Source: Mytilus trossulus (taxonomy: Eukaryota). From it: 64,000 bases of DNA. Location of the stretch: NCBI RefSeq assembly GCF_036588685.1, contig NC_086379.1, forward strand, positions 62,062,001 through 62,126,000, read 5' to 3'. Every line of letters begins with the position of its first letter. Position 1 is the first letter of the stretch. Position numbers and translations under genes: made by a program. The notes beneath the pieces were generated by a model. The model was not told where the DNA came from and did no database searches. It worked only from the letters and a program-made list of their open reading frames with translations. Positions 1 through 12,864 of the stretch are shown one piece after another.

Positions 1-673
1 TAATATTTTTTTTTTTAAATAAAGTTAAAATATCTTACTGTTCGTTCAAATAACGGTTCCCTTCCAGCAAGACATTGTAAATAGGCTACGTTTGTTATAT
101 GAGTGAATGAAACCACAAATATTGTAATTATGTGAAGGAAATTTCTACTATTACAACACTTCAACATGCACTTCAAGTAGGGTGATGTTTCATAAAGAAA
201 ATCAATTGATGCGATATAAGGCGTAGGAAGAGTACTGGTCTACCATCGGTTCAATTCATATTTTCGCCATATTTTTTCTTTATGTAGTTTACGCAAGCTT
301 GAATGGAAAACGTTTTTATTAACCATAACAATCATTTCAACCGACTTTCAACGTATTTAACATTGCCACAATGTGTACATGTGAATTATCTAAAATAAGT
401 TTCTTATTGACTCTTACCATATAACTAAAGAATAAAAACACACATGCTACTTAAATATATCTTTTACATCTTTTGACATTTTATATTTGACATTCCACAC
501 AAATTACGCATAAAATGGCTAAATCTAAACAGATGTTTACTGTAAAGGGTTATTTCCCTTTTTTATAAAGAGCTGATTACTATTACAAAGATCCATGCTT
601 TTTGTTTCTACTCTGTGCCTATTGATCGCATCATGCTGCGTTTATTTTTATTTTTTTGTATGCATGGTCTCAC

Positions 674-745
674 CGAATAGTCCTCATCGGTACAATGTAG
701 TTAAATTGGGGAGTACTTGATTCAGAATGTCTACGTGTACGCCGG
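674..745 (-). CDS. Candidate further 72-nt exon of the PDZ/ZM gene (RRTRRHSESSTPQFNYIVPMRTI)
   Basis: Acceptor ttattacag and donor gtgaga; the frame is open in the phase-2 register left by exon 2389-2171 and exits in phase 2. Confidence 0.55.
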
Positions 746-2170
746 CTGTAATAAGATTTCTCAACAGATGTAGAATAATCGTCATGAATACTATTGCTGT
801 TTACATGTTTGAAAACAATTAGTTAACATGATTAATAAAAATATAAACACACACGTTCTAAAATTAGTAGAACTTGAAACCACTCCAAAACTGCAGGCAA
901 CTTGTCAATGTTATAAACAGAAACAGTATACGGCTGCAAAATGTAAGTCAGATTCCACATTAATGAGTAAGACACAAATGTGATTTGCTAACAAATGTAA
1001 GCGTGAAGATAAATGATAATGGCATTAAATTATTTAGAAATGGAAACAACATAAATATGCAGGTAATAAAAACATGGACTAAAACAAACTGAAGAAATTG
1101 CTTCATTTTATTATGTGGAAGGTCATTAATATTAACATTTCAATCTTTTATCATAATTATAATTGATAGTTATACCACAGACTTGCCGTTCGAGGTTGCC
1201 AGTTTGGAAAAGATTGTCGTCATGTTTGTTACAAATTTTATAAATAAGAAGTTTCTGAAGAGATGATTTCATGTTTTCTCTCCATAAAAGCATTCGGACA
1301 ACTAATGTTTGGCAGTATGGGCGATGTGATAAGCATCTAATTGTGGAAGAAACTCCCATATATAAACTTATTAATTTCGGGTTTTTTTTCAAATGGAATT
1401 CATACAAATACCAAAACCCAATTCACAAAATTTGCGTTGTGGCAAATTGCGACGAATCAAACATTTGATTAATTCTTTAACATGACAATCGGGTACACCT
1501 TCTGTTACTGTGAGAATAAGTGACAAATTAATATCAGAATTGGAATTTTGAAGTTATTTTGCAAAATAGAGGAAATTGTGCTGATGAATGAGTGTTTAGA
1601 CTGGATAAAAATCAATCAAAATGACTATCGTTGCTTGGAATAAGCAACATTTTTTTAAGATTAAAACTGTATCAAATCTATTGAAACTTTATAGGAATGT
1701 GAGTTTCCATGATGTATATAACCAGTTTGAAAGTTTCAAAATAGCTACCATCATCTTGGAATCTGCTATTTTTGGTATAAAGTTCGTTATTCAGTAAACT
1801 AGTAGTGACAATAAAGTAAAAGGCAATATCAATCATATTAAAGTAAACATGGTAAAAGACGTTTACTTTGACCATGTTTTGTACAAACTGATAATCAATT
1901 GTTTTTGTTACTTAATTCTTAGTGTCTGAATACTTTTGTTCATCTTTTTCGATTCGTTAATTTTTGTTCGTCAACTTATGGTTTCTAGTTATCTTTTTTT
2001 TCGTTTTATTACTGTTTTCATTGGGTTTTTTTAAATATATCAACGGACTCCGAAAACAGTGTGGTTCAGTAGTTTAAACCTTATTTAATTTAAAGTAAAA
2101 TAAAAAGAAAAAAGTAAGGAAAATAGCACTTCGTAAGGAATTGTTAGACAATGTTCTGTACTTTACTTAC

Positions 2171-5100
2171 CCAGAAACCGCAGTTACTGAACCTTGACTC
2201 TGTGTCCTTAGTTGCTGTTCCGCATTATCCTTAGAGTACATATTTATAGGATTATTATATTGCACATGTTTATATGGGCCTTGCTGTGGTGGATTCTTTA
2301 CTGGTTTTGGTTTACTGTAAGCCACTTCAGCTTCATCATCTACAGTTGGACCTTTGTAGCCCTTTGGCATTACCTTCGGTGGTGGACGACTGTAATAGAA
2401 ACAAATACAACATAGCATATAACGTCCATGTTTTGTTTTTGGCTTCTATTTTCTAATTATTGCGTATTTCTTATTTATAAACATACTGTAAATGCCGCGA
2501 CTATTGATGTACGTTGCAATTCACGATACTACTATACCATAACTATATCATAGACTTTGGAGATGTTCGGTGGTCACGTAGACCATTATGTTTTTACTAT
2601 TTTAGCTTCTCTCCCGTTTTTGATTGAATATGAACATACTATTCAGATTCATAAGCAAAGAAAGCAAAAATTCAAGTAAAACTTAATGAATTGAACTTTC
2701 AACAAGTGTTTGTATATCTCACATTTTTTAAAACTCCCCTCTTAAAGTATTATATGGGTTTATGGACTGTTTTGAATTTGGTTGCTGAACAGAGTTATCA
2801 AGATACACAGAGGAGAAACTGTTTTGTATTCGAAGAGGGATAATAATACCACTCAATCAAAAAAAAATTTAAAGACAAAAAAGATCAGGATATTTAATAC
2901 CGTATCCATGTCAAAATTGTTGAATGATATTACTTACTTTCGTTTCTTAAATTCTTTCAGATCAATACCACCTGTAAAATAGGCAAAAGGTTTGGGCTGA
3001 CCACTGCCTTGTTGTTTCATCATGGTGTTAAGAACTGCATCTGGAATACTTTGTTGATCTCCAGCTGGTTCCTCAGAAGGTGGCTTTTAAAACAGACATT
3101 TTCGAGTTAGATTGAAATTGATGTGAAACAAAACAAGGTTTAGTTATACTGCATAAACCCCAGAAAAAAACGAAGCAATTTTAGAATTAATTTTCAAATT
3201 TTTCAGCATTTCAATATTTGTGTATCCGATTTATAGAAGTAAGGTAAGCTTAATCACTTCCTTACAGTGTAAAATCTTTTTTTTTAAATCTCTTTCAGGA
3301 AAAAAGCCTGTCTTATTTTTATAGAATTATCAGGCATCTATCAAAACTCATCAAGTAGTTACTAGTAAAAAAAATTCAGTAGTTGTTAAACATTAGTGGT
3401 TACAAATCGTCCACCACATTAAAATTACGAGAAGGTACTGTAAATTATTTAGAATAAAAATAGTTGTGCTAACGCTTCATTGTCACTTTTAGATGAAGAA
3501 CAGCAATATAATCGTTGTTCCTTTGTTTTTGTGTGTTTTCGTGAATGGACTGATTTTGTGTCGTGGGATACATTATCACATATTCTTCCTTTTCAATCAA
3601 TGAAAGGTATGCAATTTTCAATTGTGAATGATAATGATTTGCAATGTACGAATTCCCTTGTGCATTTTAGCCTGATGGTAATTTACTGTTCATATGAATT
3701 CGATCAACACGTTTATTGGGGAAAGGGGAAATTATTGAATGCATCAATTACTACTGACAATATCTTGTGATACAAAATACATCATGTACATCTTTTTCTG
3801 CTTAAGAAAACAAGATTAGCTTGGACGAAGAGAACAGTAAATACAATATGAAAAACAGGTGTTTTCCCTATGATAATTACATGACTGTTTCTTCGTCTAA
3901 AGCATTAAAACTATCTCTAGTTATCTACATTCCACTGTTTCTCGTCATTCACGCAAAGTGATTGCCATGTTCTGTAATTAATTATATGTACTAGCTGCCA
4001 ATTCTTATAGATTTGTATGTATGCATGTCTTATGAGTTCTCTTTCAGAAAGTACTTCAGTAAAATAAAAAAACGCACACTTTGCTATGCCTATACTGCAC
4101 TTACATATATATATATATCAATAGCATTACACATCCGTCATCTTGCTATTCTTGTGTTCTGATTATTACGGCATCTCGCAGTGTCAGTAGTGTCATATAA
4201 TGTAATATAATGTATTATCTATAAACGTAATGGTAAAGGTATGCATGCATAATGAAAATACAAGACATTCTTAACACACAGAAATTAGTCGAAGACTGAT
4301 ATAGAACAAAGACAATGTTACATGTATTAAAAATTATTCCTTTAATCTTACCTGTATTTTTCTTTTTGGTAGAGACCATGCTCCGGGTAATGGGAGTACT
4401 GGGAGAGGTGGTGGTGGTGGCGGTGGTGGTGCAAAGTCTGAGGGAGGTGGCAATGGTGGTGGTGGCGGCGGTGGTGGTGGTGCAGGTGCCGCCGATACCT
4501 GAGGCGACGAAGGTGTTTGAGAGTAGTCCTCCCTCATGGGACTCATTGGACTGTACATCGTATTCATTTGATTCATCTGATTATCAGAGACACTATCCTG
4601 GTATGTCGGACTAGGACGAAGATCTGATGATGTGCTTAATGGCGATCCGAAACCACGTGGTGGTTCCGATATGTCTGAAGCAACCCCACTATCAGTTTCT
4701 TGTTTCGGTTCATTTGATTGTTTAATAAACTCGTTATAATAATTAGGGAATTTTTCAAACGGTGATAATATATCCTCAATACTACTTATTCCAGTTGGAA
4801 CACTACTCTTTTTAGGATTCAAAATTTTGTTTTGATTTCTGTAATTCTGATTCACTTCATTATCTTTCGTTAAATAACCTTCCGATGGAGTACCGGCGGA
4901 ACAGATTTTAGCTTCGTAAACAGGAGTTTTCGGAAATGAGCCTCCAGAAGTCTGTCTTTGATAATTCGGTCGCGACTCCTCCCGAACTGGAGGGGATGGT
5001 GGTGTTTGTTGTTGTTGTTGAAGTCCACCAGGGAAAGCGTTAATCCTACTTACTTGTACAGGCTGTCGTCCATTGTTTATCTGTGGATGTTGTTCGTAAG

Positions 5101-8100
5101 ATGGCTGACGTTGATATCCTGTAGATGTTTGCCTCTGAAGAGATGTATCATTAGACTGATAACTTCTTTGTTGATTATCGTCAGGTCGTTGATGTTCGTA
5201 CCCATTGTAAGATCTAATGCCTGCGTCTTGACGTTGGTATGGCGACTGTGATTCATTGTAATTAGAATTTACATAATATCCATTATTACCTGGCTGAGAG
5301 TCATACGATGGAACGTTCTGATTTTGATACATATTTGATGATGTTTGTCTTGAGTAAGATGGACCACTTGTATTACTTCCTCTTCTTTGCTGTGTTTCTC
5401 CATAAGTTGGTGGTGCTATGCCATATCCAGGGGGACCAGAACTGAAGTTAGGACCTGGTGATCGGTTTTGATCAGAACTGAAGTTTGGAACTGGTGATCG
5501 GTTTTGATCAGAACTGAAGTTTGGACCTGGTGATCGGTTTTGATAAGGATCTTGTTGATATGGATCGTATATAGCCTGTTGCTGTGGTTCAGGCCTGTAA
5601 GGCGATGTATTATACCCTGGACCGTAATTTTCATTTTCGTTTCTCATTTGACTGTATGGTTGTTGTTGTTGTTGAAAGCCAGCATTTGGACGATACGGTG
5701 TCGGTTTTGGCATAGTTTGTGTACTGTACTCTTCACGACGTGGTTGTTGATGTTCATATTGGTCCTGGTAGTTTCTGTATCCGCCGCCTGCGTGTCTTGG
5801 TAAAGATGCAAACTGCCTAGGACTATCACGTTCGTCGGGGTACATTCTTTGTTGATAAGGGTACCCTTGTTGGTACATAGGATAGTTATCTGAGACTGGT
5901 GACAAACTTCTGAATGAACTTGGACTTTCTGATTGTGTGCCGTACTGATTATACTGGGACATAGGTGTTGGACTTACTGGAGCACTAGCTGCAACTCTTG
6001 GACATCTAAAATGAATATCCATACGAATTAAATGGGATGGCAAGATATTTCTAGTACCGGTATCTAAATTTAAATAATATATCTTCTTTCTTTATCTATC
6101 ATATAGAGACACTTTGAAATTACTTAACTTCAGAAAACATTTTGTTCCATGTCAATAATTACATGAACTAAGTAATGTATTAAAAAATAAAGTACTGAGC
6201 AAAATGGCATGCATCGAACGATATAACATAAGGGGACACATAGTACCTCAAAACAAGTGAGGGGATATTGGCGTTTGTTTAAAAAGTAAAAAACAGACAT
6301 AAATGTGATAAAAACATAAAACACATCAAAATTATTTCAAGACAAGTTATTCATGGAATCGTACAGATTTAGAGTTCTATTCTGTGTAGATCAAAGTGTA
6401 CCGGAATATTAAGACACTCCCGACAGAACGACTTTTGAAGGTCAAATTTCAACTAAAAACATATTTAAACCATGTAAGGGGTATATGGAGAAGTATATTA
6501 CCACGGGTTTAAAAAAAAACTATGTAAACCATGTAAGGGGTATATGGAGAAGTATATTACCCCTGTTTTTTTTTTATAGCTATGATTGAGAACGAAACGT
6601 CATAAATCTTTTAATTTATTGGTGTTTAACGCCACTTTTAACACTACTGTGCAATTTCGTGGCGGTCAGTTTTTATTGGCGAAGAAAGCCGGAGAGAACC
6701 CTCGACCTTCTGTAGGAAATCTGACACTCCTAGTCAATTAAGATTGCAGTCGAGTGCATCTCCGTTCGGTCAACGATGCCCCTGTTTGTATACGATGTAG
6801 CCTCAAACTGGGATAGTAAATACATGTTGGTCAGCTGCATGTTTCATTTAAGTTTTATATGCATGTGCACAAGGCCTTTCAACGTTTTTCAAAGTTCAAG
6901 CCTAGCGTAACTTCGGCATTTGTAAAATATGAGACCATAATACTTTTCCTGGTTTGTTTTTATCCTTTCAGATAAGGGCAAATGGAGGATAACAAGTTAA
7001 ACTGCGAGCTACTGCTCACTGATGATACCCCCGCCGCAAGTGGATAATATAAATAGTTTAAAAATATGCAAGTGTTCGGTAAACAGGAAGTTGTCGAGTG
7101 ATGAATCTGAATACGCATCACACGGTATAGCTGACTTATATAAATCCTGAAACCAAATTTCAGAAATCCTTGTATTGTAGTTCCTTAGAAAAATGCGACG
7201 AAAATTTTCAACTTGGCTATCATGTGTTAAATCATACAAGTGTTCGGTAAACAGGAACTTGTCAAGTGATCAATCTGAAAACGCATCACACGGTATAGCT
7301 GACTAAGATAAACCCTGAAACCAAATTTCCGAAATCCTTGTATTGTAGTTCCTGAGAAAAATGCGACGAAAAATATTCATGAGACGTACGGACTGACTGA
7401 CGGACTGACGGAAGGACAGACAGAGGTAAAACAGTATACCCCCCTTTTTTAAAGCGGGGGTATTATTAAACTTGAACATTTTTGTTTGCACTCATACGAT
7501 AACAAAACATCAGTAAGCAACACAACGAACAATAAAAAGAAAATACAATAAAACCAGCGGAAAGAGAAAAACAAACATACTGTGTATAAGAAATAGAGTA
7601 TGCAATCTGATAGATTTGTCTGTTAGGGCCATCAACAAAACCTGCTTAACATCATATTTTATCTAAACTTAAACCAATATGCCGTTAAATGAAATGTAAT
7701 ATGATGTATTTATCATGCTTTCTAATAACGGTCAGATCGCTGAACGATACCATAGCTCCTAAATTATTAAAAAACTACAATTCTACGTATTTATTGACAA
7801 TTATATTTTGGTGTAAATTATATACACCCATTCGGGCTAACACTCCAAGGTGTATCTTATACAAACAAGCATGCTGACTTCCTACCAATAGGAAAGTACT
7901 TCTTGACAAACCAATTAACATTTCCAACCCTAAGTCTCAATCTACGGATTTCCGTATACGTTAAAATTAGATTTCGGGAGTAAAACACACTTTTACCTAA
8001 AAAAAAGTTTTATATTAAAAATTATCTACTATTTTTTTGTATAGTAAATATGATCAAAATATGCATGTTCAATAACCTTTAAACAGTTCTATACATCTGT

Positions 8101-11100
8101 GTATGTATATATAACGGGTAAATTGATTGACATATCAAACCACTCGAAGATACATGGTATTATTTATATAATTTTGCATCTTGCTCTATCCTAATTAGAC
8201 TTGTGGACCTGTTTTTGGTCCATATACATAAGACATCAAGAAAGCAACTAACCTTTTGATGGTTAACTGTAAAAGATCTCCAGAATATCTGATTAAATCC
8301 TGTCCTTCGTTGTGTGAAACGTTTGTTACGTTGTTATTACCGATCTTCAAAACAATATCTCCAGGAACGAGAACATTACCTGCTACACTTCCAGGTGTAA
8401 CCTATAACAAGAAAAGCCAATTTAACAGTGTGAAACTCCTGGTGTTATCTATAACAAGAATACCCAATTCAAAAGTGTGAAACAAACTTTTTGTATCACA
8501 TTCTGATGTACCTCTCCTTTTGATAATCTTTAAAATCGTAAATCTTTATCAGTCGAGCTGAATAATAGGGTAACGGGTGATTTCAATATTAATTTCACAA
8601 TTTTAGTAAATAAATTTGTTTTGTTTTCGAAACTTAGGTTGTTATAATCTTGATCGTTTTACAAGCACAATTGATTTTTACTAGATTTTGATGAAGGGTT
8701 CAGATACCCCACGATTACAGGTAAATACCTGTTTTACATCATTTAAGTTTATGAATGAAATAGTTAAACAATTACGCCATTATTACACTGAGATTTATTG
8801 TTCACTTAGGGAGAAAACCTCTGTCAATTGATACCTATACTTGTTTCACCGTTTAATCATTGTGGGTCACTCAGTATGATATTGGTCTATATACAAAGAC
8901 AACATCTAACTCATACAGAAATACGTAAACATTTTATCAAGAGGAACAAGATTGATTTATAAAGTACAATCCATCATAAATATGCAAAGTCAGAATAGTA
9001 TATATGACTCAAAAAGTAGATGTGATATATACCCGACCTCGTTTGTACCGTAGCACATATTATTGTCACCTACGCAAGAAATAAGTGGCGTTAAATCAAT
9101 ACAGTAGTACAAATGATGCATTGTTGTCGTCTTTGAAATTGACGGCTCTTATTCTACCAGTACAGAAAGGTTATAGTACGGATCTCGTTCTACTAGTAAA
9201 AGAAGTATTCTACCAGTAAAGAAAGATCCTTCCATTGGTAAACAAAGATATCACAGAACGGCTCGCATTCTACTAGTATTAGTAAAGACAATACGGTTCT
9301 AATGGCAAAGTAAGGTATTTGTAGGACTCTCAATCAACTAGTAAACAAATGTCACAATACGGCTCTTATTCTTGTGTAAGAAAAGATCACCATACGGCTT
9401 TCGTTCTACCAGTAAAAAATAAACAATGTATGTCTCCCATTCTACTTGTACAGAAAATTCACCGTACGGCCTTCATTTCTACTAGTAAATAAAACTCATC
9501 ATGTGTACGGCTATTACACAACTAGTAGAGAAAGTTCACCGTATGAATCTCTTGTTTCTTGTTGTTTCTTGTAAAGAAAGCTCGCCATATAACTCTTATT
9601 CTACCAGTGAAGAAAGATCCCTTTACCACTCTCAATTTTCTTGTTTAGAGAGGTCAACTATGACACTATTTCGACTATTAAAGACAGAAAAGTTAATTCT
9701 GCAATTTAATAAAGATTGTCATACAGCAGTCACTCTGCCAGGAAACGGTCACAGTGCGGCTCTCTTTCTTTTGGTAAAACAAACAACAATACATTTCTCC
9801 TTCTACTAGTACGGCTCTCTTTCTACTTGTAAAGAATATTCACATGACGGCTTTCTTTCTACTAGTAAAGAAAAGTCACATTGCGGTACTTATTCTACTA
9901 GTAAAGAAATGTCACCTTACGGCTCTCACTCACTAGTAAAGGAAAATCAACGTACGACACTCATTCTACTAGTTTAAAGAGGTCATTGTACGGTTGTCAC
10001 TCTACTTGTTCAGAAAAGTCACCGTACGGCTATAATTCTACTTGTTAAAAAAAGTCAACTAACGGCTCTGACTCTTCAAGTTTAGTAAAGAAAAGTCACC
10101 TTACGGCTCTCTTTCTTCTAGTAAAGAATAGTAACATAACAGTACTTATTTTACTAGCAAAGAAGTGTCACCTTACGGCTCTCACTCTACTAGTAAAGAA
10201 AAATCAACGTACACCACTCATTATACTAGTTTAGAAAGGCCATCTAACGGCTGTCACTCTACTTGTTCAGAAAGGCGACCGTACGGTTCTCATTCTACTT
10301 GTTAAAAAAAGTCACCGTAGGGCCCTTACTCTTCTAGTAAAGAAAAAGTCACATTACGGCTCTCTTTCCGGTCTCTTTCTACTAGTAAAGAATAGTCATA
10401 TTACGGCACTTGTTCTGCTAGTAGAGAATTGTCACAAGTTACGGCTCTCATTCTACTATTAAAGACAATAAACGCTAAGAAAGGTCACTGTAAGGCTCTC
10501 GTTCTACTAGTTAAGAGAGGTCATAGTACGGCTCTAATTCTACTTATTAAGAAATGGTACCGGACGGCTCTCATATCTATTAGTTAAGAAAGTTCACACG
10601 GTACGGCTCTCATGCTATTTTTTAAACAAGGTCACCGTACTGTGGCTCTCATTCTACTTGTAAAGAGAAGGCCGTCATTCAGCTCTCAATCTACTAGTTA
10701 AGAAATGTCATCATACGGCTGTCATTGCTAAGAAAGGTCACCGTACGGATCTCACTCAACTTGTTAAGAAATGTCACCATATGATCCCATTCTACTTGTT
10801 GAGAACGGTCACTGTGTGGCTTTCATTCTACTATATACTGTATAGCTAGTTAAGAAAGGTCACCCTACATACGTCTCTGATACTCATTCAAGGTCACGGT
10901 ATGGTTCTCATTCTCCCCTTTTCTCACACTCCGAGTGTATCAATGAACAAAATATTTCACCATATAAAAAAATATTTCTTAGTTTATATGTATGCCGATT
11001 TAAAAACTTTATGAGTAAAAGGTTAAAAGTATTTGTATGTAAATGTTTGGAATTTATAAGAGGGATGTGTCCATAATAATACACTTATACAATATTTATG

Positions 11101-12864
11101 AAACAAAAGATGATTAACTACGAAAACGTGTAAATATCTCGTTTAATAGTCATTGAACTAACTTTTCAAGATGTTTACGCCAAGTTCTAAACAACCTTAC
11201 AAAATCATGTAAATCGTTTTACATTGCCGAATCGTTTTGGCACTTGTGAGTCAATCGTCTGCAATTTGCTGTTAACCTTCAGAAGGAGAAATATTTATAG
11301 TATAAATGTACGTTACCGTGGAGTTTCTACAGATATTTATTTTGGATTGTTTATCGTAAATGTGCAGATTTTACAGACGATTATCAAACTTAAAGCACTA
11401 TTTATGTATCGGTACTTCTTACACGTTCATTGTTATCATTTATCAACTTTAATTTTCTTGATTGTAATAATTAAAAAAAATACGAGATAATCTAGCTATC
11501 TAAACGATCCTAAACCGCTAGGTTTGATTTTGTATTCTATAAAAATTGAGAGATGTGGCAAGATTGCCAATGAGAAAACTATCCACCAGAGTTAAAAGGA
11601 GAGGCAGTGGACGATTTCATAGACCACCTAGGTTCTATTATATTCCGAATAGGAAACTGCTACTTCATCCCGAATGAAACCGAAGAATTTGATGAACAGG
11701 TGCACGACATGCAATACATAAGTACAGTAGTCTATGTAACTGATAGGTATAGATAAGATAAAATGTAGGTATCCGATAAACTTCGTTATATCATCAGTCA
11801 TTAACAAAGCAATCCAGTTTCTCTCAAAATAGACAGACTCATCAACAAAGTACTCCTTCTTTTATTTGATAAGAAAATGGTTTTTATCATTAATCTGTTT
11901 ATCTTGATTGATAGTAAAATAAAGATAAACACCCTAAAAAATCTGAGCATTTGGTTCAAATGAAAAGCTTATAAAAAATTGGTAATACATGTATTTTTTG
12001 TTAAATTAGATTATTTTTTTTCTGTTTTCTACATGTATGTTAACTTTACTTTTCATCATTAATTTTCCAGTTGTTTTTTTTCAATTAAATCTTCAAAACT
12101 TACCGAAAAGTTTGATTTATTCAAATCCTATATTTTATCCTTGCACATTGCCGATCGATTTGATAAGTATGATCTCGAATCACAAAAGCACTTGTAATAT
12201 TACTAAAGAAACGTAACATCTGTTTCGAATTAATGGAGAATATTAATCTCTGTACTAGAAATTAGTGTGATTTGTGTATTTTTGTTTATCGTATTTATTG
12301 AAGGTACTAAGTTAATTAAGACCAGTCAGTCACTCGTTAACTTTGTTTGCTCTGAGGTGTCTGGAGATGATAAGAGGTACATTTTTGTATGTAATATGGT
12401 ATAACACACAAATAAAAGGGGGGATAAATAACCTAGGGGTGTAATATGACATCATAATACATAAAGTGATAATGTACATCAAATATAATTATTGTAAAAT
12501 TGAATAATTGAATTTGTAAAAACAAAATAGTTTTCTTGTCATTACGTATTGTAGTATATGTTAAAAAGTATATAATAAGAATACATGTAGAATAACTGTT
12601 AGTCTCCGCCGGTCTCGCTTTTTAAGAACGAAAAAAAGTTAATTCAAAATGGAAGAACCAAGATGTTTAAAACAACGCTCTTATATATTTTATTTGTTAC
12701 AAATTTACCATAAAAACATCATATGAAAGTTTTTTCCGAAAGTAATAAAAGTTGTGTATTCCTACCTTTTGTACTGATAAAGGCTGAGCGAATTCACGTC
12801 CCCCTTGTAAACGAAATCCCCAGGGGACCTCGCCACTGGACCTCTGTAGCCAAATAGTTTCCAT
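2171..12864 (-). CDS. PDZ-domain / ZASP-motif protein (Zasp/PDLIM/ALP-Enigma-like), 5' part; no stop codon found, so the gene probably continues left of the window
   Basis: Exons 12864-12766 (METIWLQRSSGEVPWGFRLQGGREFAQPLSVQK; PWGFRLxGG PDZ signature), 8401-8253 (VTPGSVAGNVLVPGDIVLKIG...LQLTIKR), 6005-4352 (551-codon P/Q/S/Y-rich exon), 3083-2938 (PPSEEPAG...PKPFAYFTGGIDLKEFKKR) and 2389-2171 (HVQYNNPINMYSKDN, ZM-like motif). All introns are GT-AG with compatible phases (0,2,0,2,2). Confidence 0.88.
5437..5545 (-). repeat. Coding tandem repeat, 3 x 36 nt (QNRSP[G/V]PNFSS[D/G])
   Basis: Three near-identical gaactgaagt(t/a)...ggtgatcggttttgat units inside the large exon. Confidence 0.9.
6466..6561. 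repeat. 37-bp direct duplication (period 59)
   Basis: taaaccatgtaaggggtatatggagaagtatattacc at 6466-6502 and 6525-6561. Confidence 0.9.
6615..6760 (-). mobile_element. Degenerate V-domain-type SINE fragment
   Basis: The reverse strand reads ggttctctccggctttcttcgccaataaaaactgaccgccacgaaattgcacag...aaagtggcgttaaacacc, resembling the V-domain core and tail of mollusc SINEs (recognised from memory). Confidence 0.5.
6991..7463. mobile_element. Helentron-associated non-autonomous element (HINE/DINE-1/pearl-like)
   Basis: Starts aacaag; internal tandem duplication of a ~170-bp core (7069-7237 and 7238-7372); GACG/GACT/GACA microsatellite at 7385-7424; terminal palindrome tatacccccc...gggggtat. Homologous to 51325-51740. 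Confidence 0.7.
9145..10915. repeat. Degenerate 36-bp tandem satellite (~49 units) in intron 1 of the PDZ gene
   Basis: Consensus approximately TACGGCTCTCATTCTACTAGTAAAGAAAGGTCACCG repeated head-to-tail; diagnostic variants recur at a ~256-bp offset. Confidence 0.92.

Noticed and set aside
39-130. Possible further exon of the PDZ gene ending at a gtaaga donor at 38
   Set aside because: No convincing acceptor or recognisable peptide (no LIM pattern); left uncalled.
3818-3903. Short imperfect inverted repeat (gcttggacgaagagaacagt / actgtttcttcgtctaaagc)
   Set aside because: Probably an old MITE, but there is no TSD and no second copy in the window.
4315-5829. Short ORFs overlapping the large PDZ-gene exon (4315-4614, 4958-5251, 5416-5634, 5540-5803, 5644-5829)
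   Set aside because: Antisense or alternative-frame shadows of a low-complexity coding exon.
7019-7025. CTGATGA as a hammerhead core
   Set aside because: No stem II, GAAA or NUH site follows; it is part of the HINE 5' end.
9145-10915. 36-bp repeat array as a CRISPR array
   Set aside because: Units are contiguous and degenerate with no unique spacers, there are no cas genes, and the context is a eukaryotic intron.
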